Virus record (IMG/VR): IMGVR_UViG_3300010401_000001
Span: 1 to 64,000 of that record
Direction: 5' to 3' (one strand)
Length of the DNA: 64,000 bases
Origin: a virus
Shown here: in pieces, positions 42,900 through 52,639 of the stretch
Numbering within the stretch: the first letter of the stretch is position 1
How the letters are laid out: the number at the start of each line of letters is the position of its first letter
Program-made: the position numbers and the translations under genes
Notes under the pieces: generated by a model
What the model saw: only the letters and a program-made list of their open reading frames with translations
The model's database searches: none
What the model was told of the DNA's origin: nothing

Positions 42900-43237
42900 G
42901 CTACGGGGCCCGCGTCGACGCGTTGCTTGACCGCCTCGGCGGCGACCTCACCGAGGCGGACTTTCGCGCGCTCGCGCTGGCCTGCATCGACCAGGCTGGC
43001 GTAGGCACGCGAGACCAGGATGCAATCCGTGGGATCCTGCAGGCGGATGCCTTCGCGCGGGATGCGATCGCCGCTCGGATCGCCGACCTCGATACTATTG
43101 ATCCGGCGCCGGGCTGGGAGGACCGCGCGGTCGCCCGGGCGCGTCGCGAGGGCGTGCTGCGACCGGTCGCCACATGCGCGCTCTGCAGCCGCGATGACGG
43201 CCGCCACGAGCCGGGCTGCGAGGCGCCGCTGGTATGA
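42896..43237 (+). CDS. Hypothetical protein
   Basis: Coupled ORF. Confidence 0.6.
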   Translation: MSYGARVDALLDRLGGDLTEADFRALALACIDQAGVGTRDQDAIRGILQADAFARDAIAARIADLDTIDPAPGWEDRAVARARREGVLRPVATCALCSRDDGRHEPGCEAPLV

Positions 43238-43608
43238 CTCGCCGAATCACACCATGGACGCTCTACGCGAGCGTCGAGCTCCCATCTCACTGGATCGGCA
43301 CGGATAAGTCCAAAGCGCTCTATCAGTGGCCGCGGTCTGGCAAGTGGTCGCAGCGCGAGCTGTACTCCGGACACCTGCCCGACCTGTATCCGGTCGCCGC
43401 CGCACTCGCCCGCGGCACAGGGTGGCCAGGGGCCGGCGTTGGCCGGCGCCGATCGGCCGGCGATGTCTCCGGCACGAACCGCACGATCCGCATCCCTGAC
43501 CGCGACTGGAAGGCGATCGGCGACATCGCCGAGCGGCAAGGACAGCAGACCAGCGAGACCGTGCGCGAGGCCATCAAGCTGGCGATCGCCCGCGGCAGTA
43601 CGCGGTAA
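43234..43608 (+). CDS. Protein with C-terminal ribbon-helix-helix
   Basis: NRTIRIPDRDWKAI...AERQGQQTSETVREAI. Confidence 0.7.
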   Translation: MTRRITPWTLYASVELPSHWIGTDKSKALYQWPRSGKWSQRELYSGHLPDLYPVAAALARGTGWPGAGVGRRRSAGDVSGTNRTIRIPDRDWKAIGDIAERQGQQTSETVREAIKLAIARGSTR

Positions 43609-44460
43609 TCACCGGGCCGGAACGTCGCGCCACCGCGCTATGCCGAGCAGCCGGGCACGAGCCAGCGAGGCCGGGCCCACGAAGCCATCGGTGACGAGCG
43701 GCGAGTTCGTCAGCCCGCGCCGGCTCGCCTCGGCGTTCAGCCATGTTTGCCGCGCGCGACCAATGTGAAGGTCCTCGTCGGCCGAGTAGTCGAGCGCCTC
43801 GGCCCCGCGCGCGTGGAGCGCTCCGTAGATGGCATCTCCCGGATCGCCGCGGCCGCGCGCGCTGGTATTGTCGCGATGGCCGAACACGCCGACGCAGTCC
43901 GGGCCCCCGAGGTTGTGCCGATGCCCGCCGTCGCTCACCTCCATGCGGAGCAGCGGCGCGTTGCGGTACGGCGCGCAATGGAACTGGAACGGGATGCCGA
44001 TGGCGTCGCAGAGCCCGGCGGCGATGAGCGCCGTGGCGTCGATCGTCGCCTGGCGGATCGCGCCGTCCTTGGCCACGAACATCTCGATCCCGACGCTCCA
44101 ATCGTTGCTGCCCTCGGCGTGGTAGGCGCACGTGTACGCCAGGTCGCATAGGCACACGACCGTGCCGGCGCTGTCGACGAGGGCCTGCGCCGCGCTCGAG
44201 GTCGGATCCGTGCGCCAGATGTCGGCGTATCGCGCCGCTTCGCCGCCGGGCCCCGCGCCGGGTACGACGTGCTGATCATCGCCGGTGACGCTGTGGATGA
44301 TGACCTGGCGTACCCACAGCGTCTTGCGCGGCCGGTAGTCGCGGATGTCGAGGTACGCCCAGTCCGGACCGTTGCCGGGCGGCAGCCGCGGCGGGATCAC
44401 GGTGACACCGGTGACGGGAACGATCAGGCCGGCAATGAGCAGGCCGCCGGAGGTCGTCAT
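43609..44460 (-). CDS. Endolysin, N-acetylmuramoyl-L-alanine amidase
   Basis: VIIHS, AYHA...NDWSVGIE, FGHRD...RG.GDPG; C-terminal L.TDG.VGP peptidoglycan-binding motif. Confidence 0.85.
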   Translation of the reverse strand: MTTSGGLLIAGLIVPVTGVTVIPPRLPPGNGPDWAYLDIRDYRPRKTLWVRQVIIHSVTGDDQHVVPGAGPGGEAARYADIWRTDPTSSAAQALVDSAGTVVCLCDLAYTCAYHAEGSNDWSVGIEMFVAKDGAIRQATIDATALIAAGLCDAIGIPFQFHCAPYRNAPLLRMEVSDGGHRHNLGGPDCVGVFGHRDNTSARGRGDPGDAIYGALHARGAEALDYSADEDLHIGRARQTWLNAEASRRGLTNSPLVTDGFVGPASLARARLLGIARWRDVPAR

Positions 44461-44852
44461 TTGCTGTCTCCGCAGAACACGATCTGCCCGTTCTGGATGA
44501 AGCCGTGAAACGCGCAGAAATGGCTCTCGTTGAGGTACTCGGGTAGCGCGCCGGCGGCGAGCGCGGCTTCGCGGCTCGCGTAGGTCGGGATCCTCCGGAT
44601 GCTCGGCGACAGCGTCAGCGTCTCGAACGTGTCTCCGGTGCGCTGCCAGACCGCGCCGTTCTGCTGCCACCCCGGGGTCGGCGAGCCGTCGAACGCCGGG
44701 GAGAACGGGATCACGTGCGAGCAGCCCTCGTGTCCCTCAGGGCAGTCGAAGTGCACGCCGCGCGGTACGTCGTCACCTGCCGGCTGGCCGGCATACCGCC
44801 CGGTCACCCACCGCGGGTGGCAGTCGACCAGCCGCGTTAGGCGCTCGCTCAC
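44457..44852 (-). CDS. DUF6527-like protein
   Basis: FDCP...H...W...TLTLSPSI...C.FHGFI.NG. Confidence 0.65.
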   Translation of the reverse strand: MSERLTRLVDCHPRWVTGRYAGQPAGDDVPRGVHFDCPEGHEGCSHVIPFSPAFDGSPTPGWQQNGAVWQRTGDTFETLTLSPSIRRIPTYASREAALAAGALPEYLNESHFCAFHGFIQNGQIVFCGDSK

Positions 44853-45088
44853 GGCTTGGCCAGCGCTGCGCGGACCGCGGCGTCCTTGGCCTCGAGCAGC
44901 TTCCTCAGCGCGACCGTGCGCTCCGGGTTGCGCGGCAACGGGAACTGCACGGGCGTTCCGGCCGGCATCTCACCGGCCGCAACGATGATCCGGGCGAGGT
45001 CGCCGAACGGCTTCGACACGGCCTGCAGCGCCGGCGGCAAGTGCTCGTAGGCGAAGAACTGGATGATGTGCTCGACGGGCTCCATCAC
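44849..45088 (-). CDS. Conserved small phage protein, possibly Acb2/Tad1-like helical hairpin
   Basis: FFAYEHLP..LQ.VSKPF..LA...PERTVALRKLLEAKDAAVRA. Confidence 0.7.
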   Translation of the reverse strand: MMEPVEHIIQFFAYEHLPPALQAVSKPFGDLARIIVAAGEMPAGTPVQFPLPRNPERTVALRKLLEAKDAAVRAALAKP

Positions 45089-45381
45089 GCCGCTCCGTCC
45101 GCCGGGTACTTCGCCAGCTCGGCCGCGTTCGCTGCCGCGGCCGCGGCATCGTCAGCCGCTTCGCCCGGGGCCAGCTTGTCGAGCTCGGCGATGATGTCGG
45201 CCGGCGAGAGCTGCGACGAAACACCGGCCTCGAGCGTGCGCAGGATGGCGTCGACGGTCTGCAGCGCGGTGGCCGCGCCGGCTCCGCCCACGCCGGTGAG
45301 CGACTGGACGAGCTCGAGCGCGCGAAGCACGGGCTCGCCGTACTTCGCGAGGTCAGCCTTGATGGTGTTGGTGAGGCTCAT
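45085..45381 (-). CDS. Hypothetical lysis-region protein
   Basis: Coupled ORF. Confidence 0.65.
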   Translation of the reverse strand: MSLTNTIKADLAKYGEPVLRALELVQSLTGVGGAGAATALQTVDAILRTLEAGVSSQLSPADIIAELDKLAPGEAADDAAAAAANAAELAKYPADGAA

Positions 45382-45382
45382 G

Positions 45383-46216
45383 TTACTTGCCCCCGGCGAT
45401 GAAGGGCTTGACGCCGGCGATCAGCTGGCCGAGCGCGGCCTGCATGCTCGCGAGCGACTGGTCGTCTTTGGCGATCCATGCCGCGGCGATGGCGCGATAC
45501 ACGAGCGCGAACAGCGGATCGATCTTCGCCCGCTGGGCCTGGTACGACGCAAGCGCGGCGCCGGACGCGGCGACCTTCGCGGCACACTGGTCCTTCGTCT
45601 CAGCCGCGGGGTCGCAATGCGCGGTCAGGCCGAGCTCGTGGGCACGGTCATAGGCCAGGAAGCCATCGCGCGCGGAATCGGCAGCGATGAGCGCGGACCT
45701 GATCGTGGTCTCGCGCTGCGAAGCGCCGCACCCCATCACGGAGAACAGCGCGACGCCGGCGGCGGCCAGCATGAGCATCACCTGGGGGCGAGTGTACCCG
45801 GCCTGGCTGGACCTCGGCGGCGTGACCTGGGCGTCGGCGATGTGGAGCAGGCCGAGTACAGCCGTCGCGACCACGCCGCTCAGCGGCGTGCCGCCTATGT
45901 AGGCTTGCAGCGTCGTTCCGGCCACGCCGACGCCGGCCGTGATCCACGCGAGCCGCTTGCCTTGGGCGATCCAGTGCGTCGAGGCGTTGAGGCGCAGCAA
46001 GTAGCCGACCAGCACGTACATCAGCGTCAGGATGCCGACGAATGGCCCGTGGACGGCCAGGTAGCTGGCGATCGCGTCTGGCGTCGGCGGCGGAACGGCC
46101 GGGGCCTCACCGGTGGCGGCGCGCGCCACGCCGAGCATCCATGGGACGGTGATGAGCACCAGGGCGCCTGCGATGCAGTGCATGGCGAGTCGGATTGCAA
46201 ATCGTATCGATTTCAT
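45383..46216 (-). CDS. Multi-TM holin/spanin-like protein
   Basis: 4-5 hydrophobic helices, internal lipobox-like VMGC, position upstream of the amidase. Confidence 0.55.
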   Translation of the reverse strand: MKSIRFAIRLAMHCIAGALVLITVPWMLGVARAATGEAPAVPPPTPDAIASYLAVHGPFVGILTLMYVLVGYLLRLNASTHWIAQGKRLAWITAGVGVAGTTLQAYIGGTPLSGVVATAVLGLLHIADAQVTPPRSSQAGYTRPQVMLMLAAAGVALFSVMGCGASQRETTIRSALIAADSARDGFLAYDRAHELGLTAHCDPAAETKDQCAAKVAASGAALASYQAQRAKIDPLFALVYRAIAAAWIAKDDQSLASMQAALGQLIAGVKPFIAGGK

Positions 46217-46791
46217 GGTCTTTCCTTGAGCTGGTTCGGTGTCCTGAGCTGGTCGAGCTGGCCTTGGAGGCGATCGACCTGACGGCTAAGGGTCTGGATC
46301 TCGTCGGTGACGTGCTGCTCGTCGCCGCCGCGGTGGTAGAGGAAGGCAGCGGCCGCGAGCACTGCCACGACGGTGCCGCGCAGGGCCCAGCTGGCGGCCT
46401 GGCGCGCGGGGCCCACGACCTGGGCGTGAGCCGCGACGGTCTCACCGATCTGGCCGACCGTGCCTCCGAGTAGCTGGACCGTGGTCCCGAGCTCGCGGTG
46501 CTGCTTGAGCAGGCGCCGCTCGAGACGTCGGATCACCGCGCTGAGCTCCATCGGCATGACCGGAGCGCTCGGGTCCCGGTCGCTGCGATGGATCGCGTCC
46601 CAGTCCCGTCGGGTCGCGACGAGTGGCTCGTCATAGGGCGACGCCGTGTCGTCGCCGTCGTCGGCTTCAGGCAGTTCGTTCTGGGCCGCGACCACGGGGA
46701 TGCCGCGGGGCCAGGTCCGCATGTGCCTCCGACGCTCCGCGTCGGTCGGCAGCCGCCTGGTCGGGTGGTCTGGGTCATCCGGATCGTCCAC
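46213..46791 (-). CDS. Coiled-coil/TM protein of the lysis region
   Basis: TM helix followed by coiled coil. Confidence 0.6.
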   Translation of the reverse strand: MDDPDDPDHPTRRLPTDAERRRHMRTWPRGIPVVAAQNELPEADDGDDTASPYDEPLVATRRDWDAIHRSDRDPSAPVMPMELSAVIRRLERRLLKQHRELGTTVQLLGGTVGQIGETVAAHAQVVGPARQAASWALRGTVVAVLAAAAFLYHRGGDEQHVTDEIQTLSRQVDRLQGQLDQLRTPNQLKERP

Positions 46792-47022
46792 TCCGGACAG
46801 GTTCGCCGGGGCTGATGAAACGGTCGAGTCGGCGGACTTGCTCCGCAGCCCGGCGCTATCATGTCTCGGAGGTGCCTGCCCTGCGGTGCAGGAGCGCGAT
46901 GCGGTCGATCACGTTTGGCGACCCCGGTCACCGGTCCGAACCGATCCGGAGCACTCCGGATACGCCGGGCGGTCTCGCCACGCGCGCCGGCGCCCGCCCT
47001 GGTTACATCCAGCCCACCCCCG

Positions 47023-47259
47023 TCACGAGACGCGCCGGCCGCGCCGCTCGCCATCGGCCGCAGCGATCGCGGCGTCGAGCGCATCCTGCTCGATGAGCAG
47101 CGCCCTGACGTGCGCCCGGCCCGAGGTCAAGCACAGAAACCGCGGCAGCAACCGGCGCGTCTCCGCGCACGCTCGGCAGTGCTCCGCCTCGACGTCTATG
47201 ATCTCAGCAGCGCAATCCTTGCACCGGCGGGTGAGCGGTCGCGACCTTGCAGTGGCCAG
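47023..47259 (-). CDS. Small Zn-finger protein (CTG start, or read-through from ATG 47277)
   Basis: CKDC...CRAC; preceded in frame by ATG-GAG-CAG-GAC-GAC-TGA. Confidence 0.45.
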   Translation of the reverse strand: MATARSRPLTRRCKDCAAEIIDVEAEHCRACAETRRLLPRFLCLTSGRAHVRALLIEQDALDAAIAAADGERRGRRVS

Positions 47260-47536
47260 TCAGTCGTCCTGCTCCATGGCCCGCTGATCGTACAGCTGTC
47301 GGGAGCGGCGCGGTTCCCTATTGCGTAGGTGAGAGGAATCACGCACCGTCGCACGCCGCGCCGCCCTCCCGACCTTTGCATCGTGGCATTACGGCTCGGG
47401 GTGTCCACTCCGGAAGATCTGTCTCACCGCGCGCATTGCGTGAGGTCACAGATTTTGTTGTAGTGCGCTACGGCGCTATGTCGCCTTACAACATGACGGT
47501 CTTCCCTGGCCGTCCTCACAAGAAAGGTATCGATAG

Positions 47537-48490
47537 ATGAGGAATCAGTATTTTGCGTTGTTGATGTGCTGTGCCGTGACGTCTGCGTGCGAGCTATCGG
47601 ACCGCCCGGACGATCGGTCGTCGCAGGCGCAAGCGGTCCTGGCCGCGCCGACCACGATCGCGCCCACGAGCGGGTATGGTGACCCCGGTTCCGTCACGAC
47701 GGTCGACGCCGCGGGCAACGTGAACTGGGTCGGCGGCAACTGGCACGTCCCGCTTCCGGTGTCCGTCGGCGACGTGATCGGTTCGGTCTCGGCGATCGTC
47801 CGTGACAACGGCGCAGCGAACGGCCACACCGCGGACGGCAACGTCATCGTGATGCAGCTGATCTCGCACACGTCGTTAGGCGACAACGCCCGGGCTACGA
47901 TCATCAGTTCGGGCAGCGGGTCGCAGCAGACGTTGACGCTCGCTCCGAGCGGAGGATACCGCGTGCAGAGCGGTGAGGATATGCTCGTGATGTTAGTTGG
48001 CTTCCGGGCCCTCGTGCCGTCAATGGCCGGCCTCGTCACCGTGTCACCGCTCGCACCGAGTGGCACAGCGACAATCGGGACGTTAATCCTGTCATCGGGT
48101 GGCGTAGCCCTGAAGCCGGCGGGCGTTACATTCGTCGGGGATGCAGCAGGTTCGGTGTCCTGGACTGGAGGCGCGTGGAGCGTCCAGATCCCGTGCAACT
48201 TCGGTGACACGATCGATCAGCTTACGACCATCGTAATAGATGGTATCAGTAGCCCGATCACTGCGAGCGTTGTGGTGGTAGGTCAGAGCGGAGGTCCAGT
48301 AGCCCCTGGAGGCGTTCCTCCGTTGAGAACGATCGCGACCCTCACGACGGCTGGGGACGGTAAGTCCCATCCAGTCGTATTCACGCCGGGTTATGTCGTG
48401 CAACCCGGTGAAGGCATAATAGAAACATTCACCCCTACCGCGCCATCTATACAGTCTTCTGTAGGCCAAATACTGATGACCAAGAACTAG
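47537..48490 (+). CDS. Lipoprotein moron with two repeated beta-rich domains
   Basis: Signal peptide ending VTSA-C; AGNVNWVGGNWHVPLPVSVGDVI vs AGSVSWTGGAWSVQIPCNFGDTI. Confidence 0.75.
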   Translation: MRNQYFALLMCCAVTSACELSDRPDDRSSQAQAVLAAPTTIAPTSGYGDPGSVTTVDAAGNVNWVGGNWHVPLPVSVGDVIGSVSAIVRDNGAANGHTADGNVIVMQLISHTSLGDNARATIISSGSGSQQTLTLAPSGGYRVQSGEDMLVMLVGFRALVPSMAGLVTVSPLAPSGTATIGTLILSSGGVALKPAGVTFVGDAAGSVSWTGGAWSVQIPCNFGDTIDQLTTIVIDGISSPITASVVVVGQSGGPVAPGGVPPLRTIATLTTAGDGKSHPVVFTPGYVVQPGEGIIETFTPTAPSIQSSVGQILMTKN

Positions 48491-48495
48491 ATCGA

Positions 48496-49533
48496 TCAGT
48501 TATTCTTTGCGATTAGCCTCCATAGGCTTGAGGTACCGTCATATAAGAACGTAAAGGCAACGTGGGTAATCATTGTCAGCGAAGCTAGTGAAGGGTTAAA
48601 TAAGCGGTTAGCTGCCAAGCTATTAGAGTCGTTGTGCGTAAACGTGACCGTATCCCCGGTCTCGTTGTAAATGATTAGAATCCTCCCGTCGGATGGCGCG
48701 CTGGGTGCTGCAATACCGGTCACTACTGGTGCACCGCCGGAAGCATTTGTGAACCGAATGATCACAGATGTCGAAAGTCCTGTAGGGTTGTAATTATTAT
48801 TGTTTCCGGTGGATAGCGCGGCCGGAGATATACTTGTGTACGATAGAGCACCGCCTACACCACCGCTAAATGTAGCGCGACCGCTAACGGCAAGTGTACC
48901 GCTGACGATTTCATTTCCTCCGACGGTCAGGTTTCGCGTTACCGTAGCATCGCTACTCCGTTTTGTAGTTGCTTGGTGATTCAGCGTCTGCGTACCAGTG
49001 CCATTACTCGTGATGTCAATGGCAATTCCAGCGAATGCATTTGAATCCGATGATATCGCCAACTTTAAGTTGTTCGCGTCGACCTTGATTACCCAGTAGT
49101 CCGTACCGGCTGTCAGCCCTCCGGGCAGCGCTCCGCCGCTATTCGAGGTCCGCACGGGACCGTCGCCGGTCTCGAGACCGTGCGCCGTCTTCGTCAGCTG
49201 GTCGGTCGTACTGTCAGCCGTGAAGGTGAAGTCGGTGAATGCGAGGAGCTGCCCGCCGATCGTGATCGCCCCAGCTACTACGGCCGCTGCATCGCAGGTC
49301 AGCGTGTTTGCGACCTCCAGCGTACCCGCGATGCTGTGGTTGCCCGATAGCGCGCCATCGTTTAGGTACTGAGCCCATAGGAAGTTCTCGTGAAATAACG
49401 AGTTGACCCGGCCAGCGCTCGCTGGCGTTCCGGATTGGAAGCCTCCGTCGCGCTCTCCACTGGTGGGTACGACAAGATTCGCCCCTCCGACATCGGCCCA
49501 GCGCACGTTCGCAATTGTCGGCTTAGTGCTCAT
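48496..49533 (-). CDS. Tail fiber / receptor-binding protein
   Basis: Follows baseplate genes; N-terminal RWA...P......G motif; Thr/Gly/Asn-rich; AT-richer tip. Confidence 0.8.
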   Translation of the reverse strand: MSTKPTIANVRWADVGGANLVVPTSGERDGGFQSGTPASAGRVNSLFHENFLWAQYLNDGALSGNHSIAGTLEVANTLTCDAAAVVAGAITIGGQLLAFTDFTFTADSTTDQLTKTAHGLETGDGPVRTSNSGGALPGGLTAGTDYWVIKVDANNLKLAISSDSNAFAGIAIDITSNGTGTQTLNHQATTKRSSDATVTRNLTVGGNEIVSGTLAVSGRATFSGGVGGALSYTSISPAALSTGNNNNYNPTGLSTSVIIRFTNASGGAPVVTGIAAPSAPSDGRILIIYNETGDTVTFTHNDSNSLAANRLFNPSLASLTMITHVAFTFLYDGTSSLWRLIAKNN

Positions 49534-49537
49534 ATCC

Positions 49538-50248
49538 TCAAAGCTCCTGATCTGCGGCGTTGAACCACACCGCGGTGTCCCAGACGCCCGCCGTGTCCCA
49601 GTACAACGTTCTCGCCGGGTCTTGCCCGGTCCACTCGACGATGCGGCGCACACCGTCGCTGGTCGCGCGCAGCACGAGCTCGACGAGCACGGCCGCGACC
49701 GCATCGGACAGCGCGATGCCGTCGACACGCAGCACGGATGCCGCGACGCCGGTGATCACCGTGGTGATGGTGCCGGCGTCTCCGATGACGAGCCGGGCGA
49801 CCTTCTGCACGTCGTTGACCGATCCGTTGCTCTTGTTCGCCGAGATCTGCGCGCGCACGTATCGGCGGTAGATCTCGTCATCGCTCACGCCATCGCGCGC
49901 GCGGCCCACGATGACCCCGATCACGTCGAGCTGCACCCCGACCGCCGTGTCCACGTTGCGCTGCGTCAGCACGGCGAGCATCGCCGCCGCGAGGTCGTTG
50001 GCCGGCGCGAGTAGCGCCGTGATCGCCTTCTCGGTGTTCGTCAGGTGCGCGGGGTCGGTGCTCCGGTACATGCTCGGCAGCCGCGACAGGGCCCGCGCCA
50101 CGTAGTCGCGCGGGGGTAGCGTGCTCGTGATGGCCACGGCCGCGGTCGGCAACACCACCACCGGGGCGCTGTCGGCCGGCGCCGCCCAGCGCAGGGCCGC
50201 GGCCGAGCCGGCGATCGCGGGCGCGCTCGGCTGTTGCTCCTCGATCAC
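49538..50248 (-). CDS. Baseplate wedge protein (DUF2612 / tail protein I-like)
   Basis: AVGVQLDVIGVIVGR.R....D..YRR. Confidence 0.8.
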   Translation of the reverse strand: MIEEQQPSAPAIAGSAAALRWAAPADSAPVVVLPTAAVAITSTLPPRDYVARALSRLPSMYRSTDPAHLTNTEKAITALLAPANDLAAAMLAVLTQRNVDTAVGVQLDVIGVIVGRARDGVSDDEIYRRYVRAQISANKSNGSVNDVQKVARLVIGDAGTITTVITGVAASVLRVDGIALSDAVAAVLVELVLRATSDGVRRIVEWTGQDPARTLYWDTAGVWDTAVWFNAADQEL

Positions 50249-51618
50249 GGGACCCCGGTGCTCGTCGCCACGGCCACGCGGCTTGTGTCGTACACGGCAC
50301 GCTCGAACAACGAGATGGGGATCGTCGTCGACAACGACGGCGATGCCGTGGTGCCGATCAGCGGCAGCGCGACGTCGAGCACGCCGGAAACCGTGAAGAC
50401 CTGCGCCGATACCCGCGCCGCCACCACGTTGGTGCCGTCATCGAGCGCGTTGCCGCTCGTGGCGATCGCCGCGGCGATCTGCGCTGCGCCGTCGACCGGA
50501 AACGCGCTCGGATCCACTACGACGGTTACCGAGACCCAGACCGGGATCTCCGTCACCCGCGAGAATGCCATGGTCTGCGGCGTTCCCTCGCTGTCAAGCG
50601 CCGTGCCGATCACCGTCCCGAACGTCCTGATCCCGTCCGCGACGTTGTCGAGCAGCGCGTCCCAGATGTCCTGGTCCGCGCCGCCTTTCACCATCGCCAG
50701 CACGGAGTGCGGCGGGATCCCGTTCGCGTCGGTGCCGTCGGTGACGTTGCTGAACACGGTGCAGCTCGTGACCGGCGTCGGGCCGTCGGTCAGCCCGAGC
50801 AGCGCCGCGCGGATCGCTCCCTTCGTGGACGTGCCGGGCTGCTCGAGCTCGATCTCGCGTAGGGCGCGCAGCTGGGCATTGGTCATCACCGGCGAGCCGA
50901 CCGCGGCGTCCAGGATGTTGATGACCCCCGACCACCCGCCGACCGGTGTGTCGATGCTGACGATGTCGCCGCTCACCGCGACGATCGGTCCGGACACCGT
51001 AGCGCGCGTCAGCACGTCGACGAAGCCGGTCCCGGCTCCGAGGAAGCGCCACGTCGCGCCGCCGTCGGTGATGTCCACGCCGCGCGTCGTACCGCTCGGC
51101 CCCCCGCTCGGCGCCGACGGCCCGCCGACGGTGCAGAGGTAGATGTTGCCGGCGTTGGTGCGCTTATCACCGGCCACGTAGACCGTCGAGCCGAGCCAGG
51201 CCGTGGCCGCGGCGATGACCTGGTCGCCGGCGTCCTGGGTCGTGAACTGCTGCCCGGTGCTCGAGGTCGACGCCAGGGAGCCGGCCGTGATTGGCGTGGT
51301 CGGCGTGCCGGTGAGCGTCAGCGTGACGCTGCTGAACGTCGCCGCGCGGCGCTTCGTGCCGGTCAGCGCGCAGATCGCATCGAGCGCGGCGTCGAGCGCC
51401 TTGTTCGGGTCCTGGCTCGAGACGATCGCCTCGAGGAGCTCGTTCAACAGCGCGAACAGCTCCGCCACGATGCCGATCTGCTGGCCGTCCGGGGAGCGGT
51501 CCGAGACGTCCATCGAAGCCCCGAAGAAGCCCCGCCACTTCGCGTTGATCTGGTCGCGGACGTCTGCGAGCGTGGCGATCTGCAGTCCCTGGGTAGTCAG
51601 CGCCGGTATGGGCACCAC
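50245..51618 (-). CDS. Baseplate J/gp47-family protein with CBM-like insertion
   Basis: SPDGQ, ALDAICALTG..R, I.TPV.GW, IPPHSV...V.GG. Confidence 0.9.
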   Translation of the reverse strand: MVPIPALTTQGLQIATLADVRDQINAKWRGFFGASMDVSDRSPDGQQIGIVAELFALLNELLEAIVSSQDPNKALDAALDAICALTGTKRRAATFSSVTLTLTGTPTTPITAGSLASTSSTGQQFTTQDAGDQVIAAATAWLGSTVYVAGDKRTNAGNIYLCTVGGPSAPSGGPSGTTRGVDITDGGATWRFLGAGTGFVDVLTRATVSGPIVAVSGDIVSIDTPVGGWSGVINILDAAVGSPVMTNAQLRALREIELEQPGTSTKGAIRAALLGLTDGPTPVTSCTVFSNVTDGTDANGIPPHSVLAMVKGGADQDIWDALLDNVADGIRTFGTVIGTALDSEGTPQTMAFSRVTEIPVWVSVTVVVDPSAFPVDGAAQIAAAIATSGNALDDGTNVVAARVSAQVFTVSGVLDVALPLIGTTASPSLSTTIPISLFERAVYDTSRVAVATSTGVP

Positions 51619-51711
51619 ATCATCGTCGGTGTCGCGACGGTAACGGTCGAATCGGTGCTGGCCGCCGGCCGATGTCAGGATCGTCAGGGCCTCGGATTAT
51701 GGTGGGCGTAC

Positions 51712-51909
51712 ATGAGCACGCGCTGGCACATCCACTGCCTCCGCTGCGCTGAGTCGCGCACGATCACTGGCGCCGGCAACGCGGCCCTGACCCGGCCACG
51801 TATCAGCGAGCTCGCCGCCGCCGGCAACGGCGATGCGGTGTGGCTGGCGCAACACGCGGCGCATCGGCTCGTGCCGGTCACCGAGTACGGGGCGGTTGTC
51901 GCCTGCTGA
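51712..51909 (+). CDS. Small opposite-strand CxxC protein
   Basis: WHIHCLRC...H..H..EYG. Confidence 0.5.
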   Translation: MSTRWHIHCLRCAESRTITGAGNAALTRPRISELAAAGNGDAVWLAQHAAHRLVPVTEYGAVVAC

Positions 51910-51947
51910 TCGGCTGCTCACGCTGCGCCGCTGGTCACCCGATCGGC

Positions 51948-52292
51948 GTGTTCGCGGTAGGCGACCAGGTGGTTCTCGTCTCGAGCCGGCCCCGAGCCGA
52001 CGGCCTTCAGCCCGGCACAAAAGGCACCGTGGTATCGTGGTCAATCCTGGCCGGCGCACAACACCAGGAGGTGCGCGTGCGGCGCAAGCGCGGCCAGGTT
52101 GCCGCGTTCGCCCCGTGCGAGCTCGCGCCAGCTGCCGCGCCAGCGACCAAGTCGATGTCGGACTACCGCGCGATGTCGCGCGAGGAGTTCAGGGCGCGGT
52201 TGCGCGAGCGCCGCGTGGTCGTGCATGTGCTGTCCGATGCAGAAGCCGCTCTCGCCGAGCGCAGCGCCCGGCGGATCCAGGCACGCCGATAG
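51948..52292 (+). CDS. Small opposite-strand SH3-like protein, start uncertain
   Basis: FAVGDQV......L.PGTKGTVV. Confidence 0.5.
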   Translation: MFAVGDQVVLVSSRPRADGLQPGTKGTVVSWSILAGAQHQEVRVRRKRGQVAAFAPCELAPAAAPATKSMSDYRAMSREEFRARLRERRVVVHVLSDAEAALAERSARRIQARR

Positions 52293-52535
52293 CCACCCTT
52301 GCGGGCCCCTCTTACCGCCCGGACATCGCTGCAGCGCGCCGGGTTGACGGTCTCGTAGGCCAGGTTCGATCGGCAGCCCACACGCTCTGGGTGGACCGTC
52401 TTGCTGGCGAGGGCTACGACGTTGGCCTTGCGGCCCAATATGGCGTACCCCGCCGCGTCGGGGTCAGAGAGGCTCATGAAGCTTGCAAGTCGGCATTGAA
52501 CCGAGGTGGTGCGGCCACCGAGTCATGAGTATCCG

Positions 52536-52609
52536 TTGCGCGGGCAGGATTTGAACCTGCGACCTCCGGGTTATGAGCCCGGTGAGCTACCTGGCTGCTC
52601 CACCGCACG
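52536..52609 (-). tRNA. Initiator tRNA-fMet (CAU)
   Basis: C1:A72 mismatch, three G:C pairs in the anticodon stem, CTCATAA loop, TTCAAAT T loop; no encoded CCA. Confidence 0.92.
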
Positions 52610-52639
52610 CAGCAACCATGCCCTACGGGGATTCGCGCG

